This document shows positions 28,801 to 42,100 of a DNA stretch of 64,000 bases, in pieces; within the stretch, counting starts at the first letter, position 1, and the number at the start of each line of letters is the position of its first letter. Position numbers and translations under genes: made by a program. The DNA comes from the human T2T-CHM13v2.0 reference genome, Homo sapiens. Below the pieces are notes generated by a model. The model made no database searches and was not told where the DNA came from. It saw nothing but the letters and a program-made list of their open reading frames with translations. The stretch lies in NCBI RefSeq assembly GCF_009914755.1, contig NC_060925.1; one strand, given 5' to 3'.

Positions 28801-31800
28801 ATCGAAGGGACCCGAATGGAATCATCTAATGGAATGGAATGGAATAATCCATGGACTCGAATGCAATCATCATCGAATGGAATCGAATGGAATCATTGAA
28901 AGGACTCGAATGGAATAATCATTGAACGGAATCGAATGGAATCATCATCGGATGGAAATGAATGGAATCATCATCGAATGGAATCGAATAGAATTATGGA
29001 ATGAAATCCAGTGTGATCATCATCGAATGGACCCGAATGGAATCATCATCCAACGGAAGCTAATGGAATCAACATCGAATGAATCGAATGGAAACACCAT
29101 CGAATTGAAACGAATGGAATTATCATGAAATTGAAATGGATGGACTCATCATCGAATGGATTCGAATGGAATCATCGAATAAAATTGATTGAAATCATCA
29201 TCGAATGGAATCGAATGGTATCATTGAATGGAATCGAATGGAATCATCATCTGATGGAAATGAATGGAATCGTCATAGAATGGAATCGAATGGATTCACT
29301 GAATGGAATCAGATGGAATCATCGAATGGACTGGAATGGAATCATTGAATGGACTCGAAAGGGATCATTATTGAATGGAATTGAATGGAATCATCGAATG
29401 GTCTCGATTGGAATCATTATCAAATGGAATCGAATGGAATCATCGAATAGAATCGAATGGAACAATCATCGAATGGACTCCAATGGAATTATCCTCAAAT
29501 GGAATCGAATGGAAATATCGAATGCAATCGAATGGAATTATCGAATGCAATCGAATAGAATCATCGAATGGACTCGAATGGAATCATCGAATGGAATGGA
29601 ACGGAACAGTCAATGAACTCGAATGGAATCATCATTGAATGGAATCGAATGGAATCATCGAGTGGAATCGAATGGAATTATGATCAAATGGAATCGAATG
29701 TAATCATCATCAAATGGAATCAAAAATAACCATCATCAATTGGTATTGAATGGAATTGTCATCAAATGGAATTCAAAGGAATCATCATCAAATGGAACTG
29801 AATGGAATCCTCATTGAATGGAAATGAAAGGGGTCATCATCTAATGGAATCGCATGGAATCATCATCAAATGGAATCGAATGGAATCATCATCAAATGGA
29901 ATCTAATGGAATCATTGAAAGAATTGAATGGAATCATCATCGAATGAATTGAATGCAATCATCGAATGGTCTCGAATGGAATCATCTTCTAATGGAAAGG
30001 AATGGAATCATCGCATAGAATCGAATGGAATTATCATCGAATGGAATCGAATGGTATCAACACCAAACGGAAAAAAACGGAATTATGGAATGGAATCGAA
30101 GAGAATCTTCGAACGGACCCGAATGGAATCATCTAATGGAATGGAATGGAATAATCCATGGACACGAATGCAATCATCATCGAATGGAATCGAATGGAAT
30201 CATCGAATGGACTCGAATGGAATAATCATTGAACGGAATCGAATGGAATCATCATCGCATGGAAACGAATGGAATCATCATCGAATGGAAATGAAAGGAG
30301 TCATCATCTAATGGAATTGCATGGAATCATCATCAAATGGAATCGAATGGAATCAACATCAAATGGAATCAAATGGAATCATTGAACGGAATTGAATGGA
30401 ATCGTCATCGAATGAATTGAATGCAATCATCGAATGGTCTCGAATGGAATCATCTTAAAATGGAATGGAATGGAATCATCGCATAGAATCGATTGGAATT
30501 ATCATCGAATGGAATCGAATGGAATCAACATCAAACGGAAAAAAACGGAATTATCGAATGGAATCGAAGAGAATCATCGAATGGACCCGAATGGAATCAT
30601 CTAATGGAATGGAATGGAATAATCCATGGACTCGAATGCAATCATCATCGAATGGAATCGAATGGAATCATCGAATGGACTCGAATGGAATAATCATTGA
30701 ACGGAATCGAATGGAATCATCATCGGATGGAAATGAATGGAATCATCATCGAATGGAATCGAATAGAATTATGGAATGAAATCCAGTGTGATCATCATCG
30801 AATGGACCCGAATGGAATCATCATCCAACGGAAGCTAATGGAATCAACATCGAATGAATCAAATGGAAACACCATCGAATTGAAACGAATGGAATTACCA
30901 TGAAATTCAAATGGATGGACTCATCATCAAATGGATTCGAGTGGAATCATCAAATAAAATTGATTGAAATCATCATCGAATGGAATCGAATGGTATCATT
31001 GAATGGAATCGAATGGAATCATCATCAGATGGAAATGAAAGGAATCGTCATAGAATGGAATCGAATGGATTCATTGAATGGAATCAGATGGAATCATCGA
31101 ATGGACTGGAATGGAATCATTGAATGGACTCGAAAGGGATCATTATTGAATGGAATTGAATGGAATCATCGAATGGTCTCGATTGGAATCATTATCAAAT
31201 GGAATCGAATGGAATCACCGAATAGAATCGAATGGAACAATCATCGAATGGACTCAAATGGAATTATCCTCAAATGGAATCGAATGGAATTATCGAATGC
31301 AATCGAATGGAATTATCGAATGCAATCGAATAGAATCAACGAATGGACTCGAATGGAATCATCGAATGGAATGGAATGGAACAGTCAATGAACTCGAATG
31401 GAATCATCATTGAATGGAATCGAATGGAATCATCGAGTGGAATCTAAAGGAATTATGACCAAATGGAATCGAATGTAATCATCATCAAATGGAATCAAAA
31501 ATAAACATCATCAATTGGTATTGAATGGAATTGTCATCAAATGGAATTCAAAGGAATCATCATCAAATGGAACCGAATGGAATCCTCATTGAATGGAAAT
31601 GAAAGGGGTCATCATCTAATGGAATCGCATGGAATCATCATCAAATGGAATCGAATGGAATCATCATCAAATGGAATCTAATGGAATCATTGAACAGAAT
31701 TGAATGGAATAGTCATCGAATGAATTGAATGCAATCATCGAATGGTCTCGAATGGAATCATCTTCTAATGGAAAGGAATGGAATCATCGCATAGAATCGA

Positions 31801-34800
31801 ATGGAATTATCATCGAATGGAATCGAATGATATCAACACCAAACGGAAAATAACGGAATTATCGAATGGAATCGAAGAGAATCTTCGAACGGACCCGAAT
31901 GGAATCATCTAATGGAATGGAATGGAATAATCCATGGACTCGAATGCAATCATCATCGAATGGAATCGAATGGAATCATCGAATGGACTCGAATGGAATA
32001 ATCATTGAACGGAATCGAATGGAATCATCATCGGATGGAAACGAATGGAATCATCATCGAATGGAAATGAAAGGAGTCATCATCTAATGGAATTGCATGG
32101 AATCATCATCAAATGGAATCGAATGGAATCAACATCAAATGGAATCAAATGGAATCATTGAACGGAATTGAATGGAATCGTCATCGAATGAATTGAATGC
32201 AATCATCGAATGGTCTCAAATGGAATCATCTTCAAATGGAATGGAATGGAATCATCGCATAGAATCGAATGGAATTATCATCGAATGGAATCGAATGGAA
32301 TCAACATCAAACGGAAAAAAACGGAATTATCGAATGGAATCGAAGAGAATCATCGAATGGACCCGAATGGAATCATCTAATGGAATGGAATGGAATAATC
32401 CATGGACTCGAATGCAATCATCATCGAATGGAATCGAATGGAATCATCGAATGGACTCGAATGGAATAATCATTGAACGGAATCGAATGGAATCATCATC
32501 GGATGGAAATGAATGGAATCATCATCGAATGGAATCGAATAGAATTATGGAATGAAATCCAGGGTGATCATCATCGAATGGACCCGAATGGAATCATCAT
32601 CCAACGGAAGCTAATGGAATCAACATCGAATGAATCAAATGGAAACACCATCGAATTGAAACGAATGGAATTATCATGAAATTGAAATGGATGGACTCAT
32701 CATCGAATGGATTCGAATGGAATCATCGAATAAAATTGATTGAAATCATCATCGAATGGAATCGAATGGTATCATTGAATGGAATCGAATGGAATCATCC
32801 TCAGATGGAAATGAATGGAATCGTCATAGAATGGAATCGAATGGATTCATTGAATGGAATCAGATGGAATCATCGAATGGACTGGAATGGAATCATTGAA
32901 TGGACTCGAAAGGGATCATGATTGAATGGAATTGAATGGAATCATCGAATGGTCTCGATTGGAATCATTATCAAATGGAATCGAATGGAATCACCGAATA
33001 GAATCGAATGGAACAATCATCGAATGGACTCAAATGGAATTATCCTCAAATGGAATCGAATGGAATTATCGAATGCAATCGAATGGAATTATCGAATGCA
33101 ATCGAATAGAATCATCGAATGGACTCGAATGGAATCATCGAATGGAATGGAATGGAACAGTCAATGAACTCGAATGGAATCATCATTGAATGGAATCGAA
33201 TGGAATCATCGAGTGGAATCGAATGGAATTATGATCAAATGGAATCGAATGTAATCATCATCAAATGGAATCAAAAATAACCATCATCAATTGGTATTGA
33301 ATGGAATTGTCATCAAATGGAATTCAAAGGAATCATCATCAAATGGAACCGAATGGAATCCTCATTGAATGGAAATGAAAGGGGTCATCATCTAATGGAA
33401 TCGCATGGAATCATCATAAAATGGAATCGAATGGAATCAACATCAAATGGAATCAAATGGAATCATTGAACGGAATTGAATGGAATCGTCATCGAATGAA
33501 TTGGATGCAATCATCGAATGGTCTCGAATGGAATCTTCTTCAAATGGAATGGAATGGAATCATCGCATAGAATCGAATGGAATTATCATCGAATGGAATC
33601 GAATGGAATCAACATCAAACGGAAAAAAACGGAATTATCGAATGGAACCGAAGAGAATCATCGAATGGACCCGAATGGAATCATCTAATAGAATGGAATG
33701 GAATAATCCATGGACTCGAATGCAATCATCATCGAATGGAATCGAATGGAATCATCGAATGGACTCGAATGGAATAATCATTGAACGGAATCGATTGGAA
33801 TCATCATCGGATGGAAACGAATGGAATCATCATCGAATGGAAATGAAAGGAGTCATCATCTAATGGAATTGCATGGAATCATCATAAAATGGAATCGAAT
33901 GGAATCAACATCAAATGGAATCAAATGGAATCATTGAACGGAATTGAATGGAATCGTCATCGAATGAATTGACTGCAATCATCCAATGGTCTCGAATGGA
34001 ATCATCTTCAAATGGAATGGAATGGAATCATCGCATAGAATCGAATGGAATTATCATCGAATGGAATCGAATGGAATCAACATCCAACGGAAAAAAACGG
34101 AATTATCGAATGGAATCGAAGAGAATCATCGAATGGACCCGAATGGAATCATCTAATGGAATGGAATGGAATAATCCATGGACTCGAATGCAATCATCAT
34201 CGAATGGAATCGAATGGAATCATCGAATGGACTCGAAAGGGATCATGATTGAATGGAATTGAATGGAATCATCGAATGGTCTCGATTGGAATCATTATCA
34301 AATGGAATCGAATGGAATCACCGAATAGAATCGAATGGAACAATCATCGAATGGACTCAAATGGAATTATCCTCCAATGGAATGGAATGGAATTATCGAA
34401 TGCAATCGAATGGAATTATCGAATGCAATCGAATAGAATCATCGAATGGACTCGAATGGAATCATCGAATGGAATGGAATGGAACAGTCAATGAACTCGA
34501 ATGGAATCATCATTGAATGGAATCGAATGGAATCATCGAGTGGAATCGAATGGAATTATGATCAAATGGAATCGAATGTAATCATCATCAAATGGAATCA
34601 AAAATAACCATCATCAATTGGTATTGAATGGAATTGTCATCAAATGGAATTCAAAGGAATCATCATCAAATGGAACCGAATGGAATCCTCATTGAATGGA
34701 AATGAAAGGGGTCATCATCTAATGGAATCGCATGGAATCATCATCAAATGGAATCGAATGGAATCATCATCAAATGGAATCTAATGGAATCATTGAACAG

Positions 34801-37800
34801 AATTGAATGGAATCGTCATCGAATGAATTGAATGCAATCATCGAATGGTCTCGAATGGATTCATCTTCTAATGGAAAGGAATGGAATCATCGCATAGAAT
34901 CGAATGGAATTATCATCGAATGGAATCGAATGGTATCAACACCAAACGGAAAAAAACGGAATTATCGAATGGAATCGAAGAGAATCTTCGAACGGACCCG
35001 AATGGAATCATCTAATGGAATGGAATGGAATAATCCATGGACTCGAATGCAATCATCATCGAATGGAATCGAATGGAATCATCGAATGGACTCGAATGGA
35101 ATAATCATTGAACGGAATCGATTGGAATCATCATCGGATGGAAACGAATGGAATCATCATCGAATGGAAATGAAAGGAGTCATCATCTAATGGAATTGCA
35201 TGGAATCATCATAAAATGGAATCGAATGGAATCAACATCAAATGGAATCAAATGGAATCATTGAACGGAATTGAATGGAATCGTCATCGAATGAATTGAC
35301 TGCAATCATCCAATGGTCTCGAATGGAATCATCTTCAAATGGAATGGAATGGAATCATCGCATAGAATCGAATGGAATTATCATCGAATGGAATCGAATG
35401 GAATCAACATCCAACGGAAAAAAACGGAATTATCGAATGGAATCGAAGAGAATCATCGAATGGACCCGAATGGAATCATGTAATGGAATGGAATGGAATA
35501 ATCCATGGACTCGAATGCAATCATCATCGAATGGAATCGAATGGAATCATCGAATGGACTCGAATGGAATAATCATTGAACGGAATCGAATGGAATCATC
35601 ATCGGATGGAAATGAATGGAATCATCATCGAATGGAATCGAATAGAATTATGGAATGAAATCCAGTGTGATCATCATCGAATGGACCCGAATGGAATCAT
35701 CATCCAACGGAAGCTAATGGAATCAACATCGAATGAATCAAATGGAAACACCATCGAATTGAAACGAATGGAATTATCATGAAATTGAAATGGATGGACT
35801 CATCATCGAATGGATTCGAATGGAATCATCGAATAAAATTGATTGAAATCATCATCGAATGGAATCGAATGGTATCATTGAATGGAATCGAATGGAATCA
35901 TCATCAGATGGAAATGAATGGAATCGTCATAGAATGGAATCGAATGGATTCATTGAATGGAATCAGATGGAATCATCGAATGGACTGGAATGGAATCATT
36001 GAATGGACTCGAAAGGGATCATGATTGAATGGAATTGAATGGAATCATCGAATGGTCTCGATTGGAATCATTATCAAATGGAATCGAATGGAATCACCGA
36101 ATAGAATCGAATGGAACAATCATCGAATGGACTCAAATGGAATTATCCTCAAATGGAATCGAATGGAATTATCGAATGCAATCGAATGGAATTATCGAAT
36201 GCAATCGAATAGAATCATCGAATGGACTCGAATGGAATCATCGAATGGAATGGAATGGAACAGTCAATGAACTCGAATGGAATCATCATTGAATGGAATC
36301 GAATGGAATCATCGAGTGGAATCGAATGGAATTATGATCAAATGGAATCGAATGTAATCATCATCAAATGGAATCAAAAATAACCATCATCAATTGGTAT
36401 TGAATGGAATTGTCATCAAATGGAATTCAAAGGAATCATCATCAAATGGAACCGAATGGAATCCTCATTGAATGGAAATGAAAGGGGTCATCATCTAATG
36501 GAATCGCATGGAATCATCATAAAATGGAATCGAATGGAATCAACATCAAATGGAATCAAATGGAATCATTGAACGGAATTGAATGGAATCGTCATCGAAT
36601 GAATTGGATGCAATCATCGAATTGTCTCGAATGGAATCTTCTTCAAATGGAATGGAATGGAATCATCGCATAGAATCGAATGGAATTATCATCGAATGGA
36701 ATCGAATGGAATCAACATCAAACGGAAAAAAACGGAATTATCGAATGGAACCGAAGAGAATCATCGAATGGACCCGAATGGAATCATCTAATAGAATGGA
36801 ATGGAATAATCCATGGACTCGAATGCAATCATCATCGAATGGAATCGAATGGAATCATCGAATGGACTCGAATGGAATAATCATTGAACGGAATCGATTG
36901 GAATCATCATCGGATGGAAACGAATGGAATCATCATCGAATGGAAATGAAAGGAGTCATCATCTAATGGAATTGCATGGAATCATCATAAAATGGAATCG
37001 AATGGAATCAACATCAAATGGAATCAAATGGAATCATTGAACGGAATTGAATGGAATCGTCATCGAATGAATTGACTGCAATCATCCAATGGTCTCGAAT
37101 GGAATCATCTTCAAATTGAATGGAATGGAATCATCGCATAGAAGCGAATGGAATTATCATCGAATGGAATCGAATGGAATCAACATCAAACGGAAAAAAA
37201 CGGAATTATCGAATGGAATCGAAGAGAATCATCGAATGGACCCGAATGGAATCATCTAATGGAATGGAATGGAATAATCCATGGACTCGAATGCAATCAT
37301 CATCGAATGGAATCGAATGGAATCATCGAATGGACTCGAATGAAATAATCATTGAACGGAATCGAATGGAATCATCATCGGATGGAAATGAATGGAATCA
37401 TCATCGAATGGAATCGAATAGAATTATGGAATGAAATCCAGTGTGATCATCATCGAATGGACCCGAATGGAATCATCATCCAACGGAAGCTAATGGAATC
37501 AACATCGAATGAATCAAATGGAAACACCATCGAATTGAAACGAATGGAATTATCATGAAATTGAAATGGATGGACTCATCATCGAATGGATTCGAAAGGA
37601 ATCATCGAATAAAATTGATTGAAATCATCATCGAATGGAATCGAATGGTATCATTGAATGGAATCGAATGGAATCATCATCAGATGGAAATGAATGGAAT
37701 CGTCATAGAATGGAATCGAATGGATTCATTGAATGGAATCAGATGGAATCATCGAATGGACTGGAATGGAATCATTGAATGGACTCGAAAGGGATCATGA

Positions 37801-38070
37801 TTGAATGGAATTGAATGGAATCATCGAATGGTCTCGATTGGAATCATTATCAAATGGAATCGAATGGAATCACCGAATAGAATCGAATGGAACAATCATC
37901 GAATGGACTCAAATGGAATTATCCTCCAATGGAATCGAATGGAATTATCGAATGCAATCGAATGGAATTATCGAATGCAATCGAATAGAATCATCGAATG
38001 GACTCGAATGGAATCATCGAATGGAATGGAATGGAACAGTCAATGAACTCGAATGGAATCATCATTGAAT
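22861..38070 (+). repeat. Large tandem segmental duplication within the array, copy 2 (~15.2 kb; lacks 3,526 bp relative to copy 1)
   Basis: Same ordered series of monomer lengths (1781, 1766, 1307, 1775, 1776, 3103, 1776) and the same rare SNVs, but without the 2,218+1,308 pair. Confidence 0.88.
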
Positions 38071-39127
38071 GGAATCGAATGGAATCATCGAGTGGAATCG
38101 AATGGAAATATGATCAAATGGAATCGAATGTAATCATCATCAAATGGAATCAAAAATAACCATCATCAATTGGTATTGAATGGAATTGTCATCAAATGGA
38201 ATTCAAAGGAATCAATATCAAATGGAACCGAATGGAATCCTCATTGAATGGAAATGAAAGGGGTCATCATCTAATGGAATCGCATGGAATCATCATCAAA
38301 TGGAATCGAATGGAATCATCATCAAATGGAATCTAATGGAATCATTGAACAGAATTGAATGGAATCGTCATCGAATGAATTGAATGCAATCATCGAATGG
38401 TCTCGAATGGAATCATCTTCTAATGGAAAGGAATGGAATCATCGCATAGAATCGAATGGAATTATCATCGAATGGAATCGAATGGCATCAACACCAAACG
38501 GAAAAAAACGGAATTATCGAATGGAATCGAAGAGAATCTTCGAACGGACCCGAATGGAATCATCTAATGGAATGGAATGGAATAATCCATGGACTCGAAT
38601 GCAATCATCATCGAATGGAATCGAATGGAATCATCGAATGGACTCGAATGGAATAATCATTGAACGGAATCGAATGGAATCATCATCGGATGGAAACGAA
38701 TGGAATCATCATCGAATGGAAATGAAAGGAGTCATCATCTAATGGAATTGCATGGAATCATCATAAAATGGAATCGAATGGAATCAACATCAAATGGAAT
38801 CAAATGGAATCATTGAACGGAATTGAATGGAATCGTCATCGAATGAATTGACTGCAATCATCCAATGGTCTCGAATGGAATCATCTTCAAATGGAATGGA
38901 ATGGAATCATCGCATAGAATCGAATGGAATTATCATCGAATGGAATCGAATGGAATCAACATCAAACGGAAAAAAACGGAATTATCGAATGGAATCGAAG
39001 AGAATCATCGAATGGACCCGAATGGAATCATCTAATGGAATGGAATGGAATAATCCATGGACTCGAATGCAATCATCATCGAATGGAATCGAATGGAATC
39101 ATCGAATGGACTCGAATGGAATAATCA
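37352..39127 (+). repeat. Representative canonical 1,776-bp monomer
   Basis: Landmark ORF starts 37352 and 39128 differ by 1,776. Single-copy landmarks occur in order: TCCAGTGTGA, CGGAAGCTA, AATAAAATTGATTG, AAAGGGATC, AACAGTCAATG, CAAAAATAACC, GAAAGGGGTC. Confidence 0.95.
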
Positions 39128-39190
39128 TTGAACGGAATCGAATGGAATCATCATCGGATGGAAATGAATGGAATCATCATCGAATGGAAT
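38250..39190 (+). repeat. Internal direct pair of ~468-bp subrepeats (A and B) within the monomer
   Basis: Near-identical 127-aa pseudo-ORFs start at 38359 and 38827 (offset 468). AACGGAAAAAAACGG and AATAATCCATGG occur twice per monomer. A carries TTCTAATGGAAAGG, GGTATCAACACC (GGCATC in this copy) and ATCTTCGAACGG. B carries TTCAAATGGAATGG, GGAATCAACATC and ATCATCGAATGG. Confidence 0.92.
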
Positions 39191-42100
39191 CGAATAGAAT
39201 TATGGAATGAAATCCAGTGTGATCATCATCGAATGGACCCGAATGGAATCATCATCCAACGGAAGCTAATGGAATCAACATCGAATGAATCGAATGGAAA
39301 CACCATCGAATTGAAACGAATGGAATTATCATGAAATTGAAATAGATGGACTCATCATCGAATGGATTCGAATGGAATCATCGAATAAAATTGATTGAAA
39401 TCATCATCGAATGGAATCGAATGGTATCATTGAATGGAATCGAATGGAATCATCATCAGATGGAAATGAATGGAATCGTCATAGAATGGAATCGAATGGA
39501 TTCATTGAATGGAATCAGATGGAATCATCGAATGGACTGGAATGGAATCATTGAATGGACTCGAAAGGGATCATGATTGAATGGAATTGAATGGAATCAT
39601 CGAATGGTCTCGATTGGAATCATTATCAAATGGAATCGAATGGAATCACCGAATAGAATCGAATGGAACAATCATCGAATGGACTCAAATGGAATTATCC
39701 TCAAATGGAATCGAATGGAATTATCGAATGCAATCGAATGGAATTTTCGAATGCAATCGAATAGAATCATCGAATGGACTCGAATGGAATCATCGAATGG
39801 AATGGAATGGAACAGTCAATGAACACGAATGGAATCATCATTGAATGGAATCGAATGGAATCATCGAGTGGAATCGAATTGAATTATGATCAAATGGAAT
39901 CGAATGTAATCATCATCAAATGGAATCAAAAATAACCATCATCAATTGCTATTGAATGGAATTGTCATCAAATGGAATTCAAAGGAATCATCATCAAATG
40001 GAACCGAATGGAATCCTCATTGAATGGAAATGAAAGGGGTCATCATCTAATGGAATCGCATGGAATCATCATCAAATGGAATCAAATGGAATCATCATCA
40101 AATGGAATCTAATGGAATCATTGAACAGAATTGAATGGAATCGTCATCAAATGAATTGAATGCAATCATCGAATGGTCTCGAATGGAATCATCTTCTAAT
40201 GGAAAGGAATGGAATCATCGCATAGAATCGAATGGAATTATCATCGAATGGAATCGAATGGTATCAACACCAAACGGAAAAAAACGGAATTATCGAATGG
40301 AATCGAAGAGAATCTTCGAACGGACCCGAATGGAATCATCTAATGGAATGGAATGGAATAATCCATGGACTCGAATGCAATCATCATCGAATGGAATCGA
40401 ATGGAATCATCGAATGGACTCGAATGGAATAATCATTGAACGGAATCGAATGGAATCATCATCGGATGGAAACGAATGGAATCATCATCGAATGGAAATG
40501 AAAGGAGTCATCATCTAATGCAATTGCATGGAATCATCATCAAATGGAATCGAATGGAATCAACATCAAATCGAATCAAACGGAATCATTGAACGGAATT
40601 GAATGGAATCGTCATCGAATGAATTGACTGCAATCATCGAATGGTCTCGAATGGAATCATCTTCAAATGGAATGGAATGGAATCATCGCATAGAATCGAA
40701 TGGAATTATCACCGAAAGCAATCGAATGGAATCAACATCCAACGGAAAAAAACGGAATTATCGAATGGAATCGAAGAGAATCATCGAATGGACCCGAATG
40801 GAATCATCTAATGGAATGGAATGGAATAATCCATGGACTCGAATGCAATCATCATCGAATGGAATCGAATGGAATCATCGAATGGACTCGAATGGAATAA
40901 TCATTGAACGGAATAGAATGGAATCATCATCGGATGGAAATGAATGGAATCATCATCGAATGGAATCGAATAGAATTATGGAATTAAATCCAGTGTGATC
41001 ATCATCGAATGGACCCGAATGGAATCATCATCCAACGGAAGCTAATGGAATCAACATCGAATGAATCAAATGGAAACACCATCGAATTGAAACGAATGGA
41101 ATTATCATGAAATTGAAATGGATGGACTCATCATCGAATGGATTCGAAAGGAATCATCGAATAAAATTGATTGAAATCATCATCGAATGGAATCGAATGG
41201 TATCATTGAATGGAATCGAATGGAATCATCATCAGATGGAAATGAATGGAATCGTCATAGAATGGAATCGAATGGATTCATTGAATGGAATCAGATGGAA
41301 TCATCGAATGGACTGGAATGGAATCATTGAATGGACTCGAAAGGGATCATGATTGAATGGAATTGAATGGAATCATCGAATGGTCTCGATTGGAATCATT
41401 ATCAAATGGAATCGAATGGAATCACCGAATAGAATCGAATGGAACAATCATCGAATGGACTCAAATGGAATTATCCTCCAATGGAATCGAATGGAATTAT
41501 CGAATGCAATCGAATGGAATTATCGAATGCAATCGAATAGAATCATCGAATGGACTCGAATGGAATCATCGAATGGAATGGAATGGAACAGTCAATGAAC
41601 TCGAATGGAATCATCATTGAATGGAATCGAATGGAATCATCGAGTAGAATCGAATGGAATTATGATCAAATGGAATCGAATGTAATCATCATCAAATGGA
41701 ATCAAAAATAACCATCATCAATTGGTATTGAATGGAATTGTCATCAAATGGAATTCAAAGGAATCAATATCAAATGGAACCGAATGGAATCCTCATTGAA
41801 TGGAAATGAAAGGGGTCATCATCTAATGGAATCGCATGGAATCATCATCAAATGGAATCGAATGGAATCATCATCAAATGGAATCTAATGGAATCATTGA
41901 ACAGAATTGAATGGAATCGTCATCGAAAGAATTGAATGCAATCATCGAATGGTCTCGAATGGAATCATCTTCTAATGGAAAGGAATGGAATCATCGCATA
42001 GAATCGAATGGAATTATCATCGAATGGAATCGAATGGTATCAACACCAAACGGAAAAAAACGGAATTATCGAATGGAATCGAAGAGAATCTTCGAACGGA

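Noticed and set aside
38528-38550. GAAnnTTC (AGAATCTTCG) as a heat-shock element; TGATTGAAATC elsewhere in the monomer as a DUX4-like site
   Set aside because: Only two inverted nGAAn units are present, whereas a canonical HSE needs three. The DUX4-like match has mismatches. Binding cannot be supported from sequence alone.
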